39,582 nucleotides of DNA from Octopus sinensis (lineage: Eukaryota): the NCBI RefSeq assembly GCF_006345805.1, contig NW_021835769.1, positions 1 to 39,582 on the forward strand, read 5' to 3'. Below the pieces are notes generated by a model, which searched no databases, had not been told where the DNA came from, and saw only the letters and a list, made by a program, of their open reading frames with translations. The translations under genes were made by a program, and so were the position numbers. Position 1 is the first letter of the stretch. Each line of letters starts with the position of its first letter. Below are positions 37,473 to 39,582 of the stretch, one piece after another.

Positions 37473-37656
37473 TTTGGGCGTGTGTGAGTGTTTGGATGCG
37501 TAACTGTATTTTCATTTCTATGTGTGTGTGTGTTTGTGCATGTGTGAGTGTGTGTGAGTGAGTGTTTTCATGTATGTGTTTGTCCGTGTGTGTGAGTGTG
37601 TGTGAGTGTTTGTATGTGTAGCTGTGTATTTTCATTTCTATGTGTGTGTGTGTGTG

Positions 37657-37690
<34 letters not shown>

Positions 37691-37890
37691 ATGTGAGTGT
37701 GTGTGTGCGTGTGAGTGTTTTTTTCAGTGTTTTTGTGCGTGGGACTGTTTTTATTTATGTGTGTGTGAGTGTGTGAAAGTGTGTGTGGGTATTTTCATTT
37801 CAGTGTTTGTGTGTGTGTATGTGTGCGAGTGTTTTTATTTCTGTGTGTACGTGTGTGTGAGCGACTGTGTGTGTTTATTCGTTTTTGTGT
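37473..37890 (-). repeat. Inverted arm of the GAAATGAAAA/(CA)n minisatellite
   Basis: Repeated (G)TATTTTCATTTC(TA) units embedded in (TG)n. Confidence 0.85.
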
Positions 37891-38352
37891 GTGCGACAAT
37901 TACAGCTACAACAAACACTTTAAGCATCTCTAAACTACCCATATTTGCAGATCACTAACTACTAAATGAAAAGAAGTTCAATTTATTGCATATTTAGCGA
38001 TTTCAGATATTGCTAATATTTTTCTCAGATGGCGACAATGTTATTCTAACTGGGAGTGCTAAGCACCCAATGCCCCCCCCCCGTATCTACATACCTGGAT
38101 CGGCCATAATTGGCCTCATTCGAAGATCTCTCGGGTGTGGAATATTTATGACTATAGAAGTTAACTTGTTACAGGTTTCGTTTATGGACTAAATTTTGTA
38201 GATTTTGGGAAGTTCATAGATGTTACTGGCTTTGCAATCAAATCTAGTCAAGCAATTTGTCTTCTTTTTTGTTAAATCTTGTTGGAACTGGTGGATAAGA
38301 GTAGACAGTTTGGTCGTTATCTTCGATTGACTGTAGTTGTTGATGTTTTTTT

Positions 38353-38468
38353 ACCGATGCTGGTGTGTTTTACTCCCTATATTTTACCAGTTCGGCAAAA
38401 GAGAATAAGTTAGTATAAATACTAGGCTTACAAAGAAGAAGTGCTGCGGACGATCTGCTCGACTAAAG
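38353..38468 (+). mobile_element. SINE-like family A, degenerate and 3'-truncated
   Basis: ACCGATGCTGGTGTGTTTAC...GTTCGGCAAAAGAGA...TACTAGGCTTACAAAGAA...GCTCGACTAAAG. Confidence 0.8.
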
Positions 38469-38486
38469 ACTATATATAAACATATA

Positions 38487-39046
38487 TACGACGGGATTAT
38501 TTTAGTTTCCTTCCACCAAATCCAATCACAAGGCTTTGGTCGGCCCGGGCCTATAGTACAAGACAATTGCATAAGATGCCAGGCAGTGGTAATGAACACG
38601 AAACTGTAATGGATTAACGGGAGTTCTTTCACTTGTAAGAATACTTGCATTTGTATGTCTGATGGTTCGTGCGTGTTTGCTCGTGGGCCCTTCCAGTGCG
38701 AACAAACACATACATATATAAACATATATACGACGGGATTTTTTCAGTTTCCTTCCACCAAATCCAATCACAAGGATTTGGTCGGCCCGGGGCTACAGTA
38801 GAAGACAATTGTACAAGATGCCAGGCAGTGGGAATGAAACTGATACCATGTGGTTCGTAAGCAAACTACTTACCACATAGCCATTCCTGCGCTGATATTC
38901 ATATATACGACGGGCTCCTTTCAGTTTCCCTCTACCAACTCCACTTAGAATACTTTGGTCGGCCCGTGGGTATAGTTGAATACACTTGCCGAAGGCGCCA
39001 CGCTGTTGGATTGAACCCAGCACATTGCGGTTCATGAGCAAACACT
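38487..39046 (-). mobile_element. Cluster of three family B SINE copies (38487-38612, 38729-38893, 38906-39046)
   Basis: Each begins on the + strand with TACGACGGG and continues CAGTTTCC...TTTGGTCGGCCCG... Confidence 0.85.
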
Positions 39047-39057
39047 CTCACAGACAA

Positions 39058-39260
39058 GCGCGCGCGCAAACAGACACAGAGATGAAAGCACACATATTGG
39101 CTGACCCAGACACTCATACAATTTCTTCAGAATGTCACGGTTTTAAGGTCAACATATTTAAAACATAAATAGCTACGAGTTTGCGTCGTTGCATGTATCT
39201 ATGTTGCATGAGTGCGGAAGTGTGGGTATTTGTGCGTGTGTGAGCACAGTCCACACATAC
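39058..39260 (+). repeat. Dispersed repeat C, copy 2
   Basis: Direct similarity to 36010-36226. Confidence 0.85.
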
Positions 39261-39343
39261 CCAAGGTGGTCGCATCGGCTAATGTGACCCAACCGCGAAA
39301 GTCTGTTTCACCCACGAGACTTCCAGACCCCATTAATGAACTC

Positions 39344-39365
39344 ATTTGCATACAACCAATCAGAG
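39344..39365. promoter_or_regulatory. Octamer ATTTGCAT next to CCAAT-box ACCAATCAG
   Basis: Both motifs are seen 4 bp apart. This may simply be part of a transposon remnant. Confidence 0.2.
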
Positions 39366-39406
39366 CTCATGTTAAACTTGTTAGTTTAACAAACATGATT
39401 TCTGTA

Positions 39407-39550
39407 TGGGAAGTAGCTTGGTTACTAACCACATGGTTCGGGGTTCAGTCCCACTGCGTGGCACCTTGTGCAAGTGTTTTCTACTATAGCCTCGTGCCGA
39501 CCAAAGCCTTGTGAGTGGGTTTCTAGACGGAAGCTGAAAGAGGACTGCAT
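39407..39550 (+). mobile_element. tRNA-derived SINE family B; another copy appears to start at ~39568
   Basis: GTAGCTTG.TTAC.AACCACATGGTTC.GGGTTCAGTCCCACTGCGTGGCACCTTG.GCAAGTG...GACGGAAGCTGAAAG; the window ends in GTCGTAGGAGTGGTT. Confidence 0.88.
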
Positions 39551-39582
39551 GCATATGTAAATATATAGTCGTAGGAGTGGTT

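Larger units (their letters stand above)
35656..38185. repeat. Decayed ~2.5-kb inverted duplication / foldback-like structure centred near 36914
   Basis: Outer arms 35656-35790 and 38048-38185 align as reverse complements. The minisatellite arms, the family A SINE pair and the central hairpins are also symmetric. Confidence 0.85.

Noticed and set aside
38010-38192. Exon with a good acceptor (ctcAG at 38028), in phase with MAK from 32582 (MAKDGDNVILTG...)
   Set aside because: Most of it is the right arm of the 35656-38185 inverted repeat, and no protein family is recognisable.

Overview
This is eukaryotic DNA, probably from an octopus or other coleoid cephalopod. That assignment rests on my recollection of the two short-repeat families and the (AT)/(CA) microsatellite load, not on a database search. 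About 77% of the window (917-31311) is one uninterrupted ~30.4-kb satellite built from two pentamers, X=GTTAA and Y=ATGAC, arranged as 10-mer XY and 15-mer XYY words. It contains nested 0.35-6.5 kb higher-order duplications and no long ORF inside it. The right flank (31.3-39.6 kb) is a TE mosaic: an RTE-type LINE RT fragment, a Penelope-like GIY-YIG fragment, many SINE-like copies, microsatellites, and a decayed ~2.5-kb palindrome centred near 36914. No complete protein-coding gene is supported, and most ORF-track entries are low-complexity artefacts. The most interesting but unproven idea is a minus-strand spliced transcript running into the near-self-complementary satellite, with a candidate poly(A) site at its far end.
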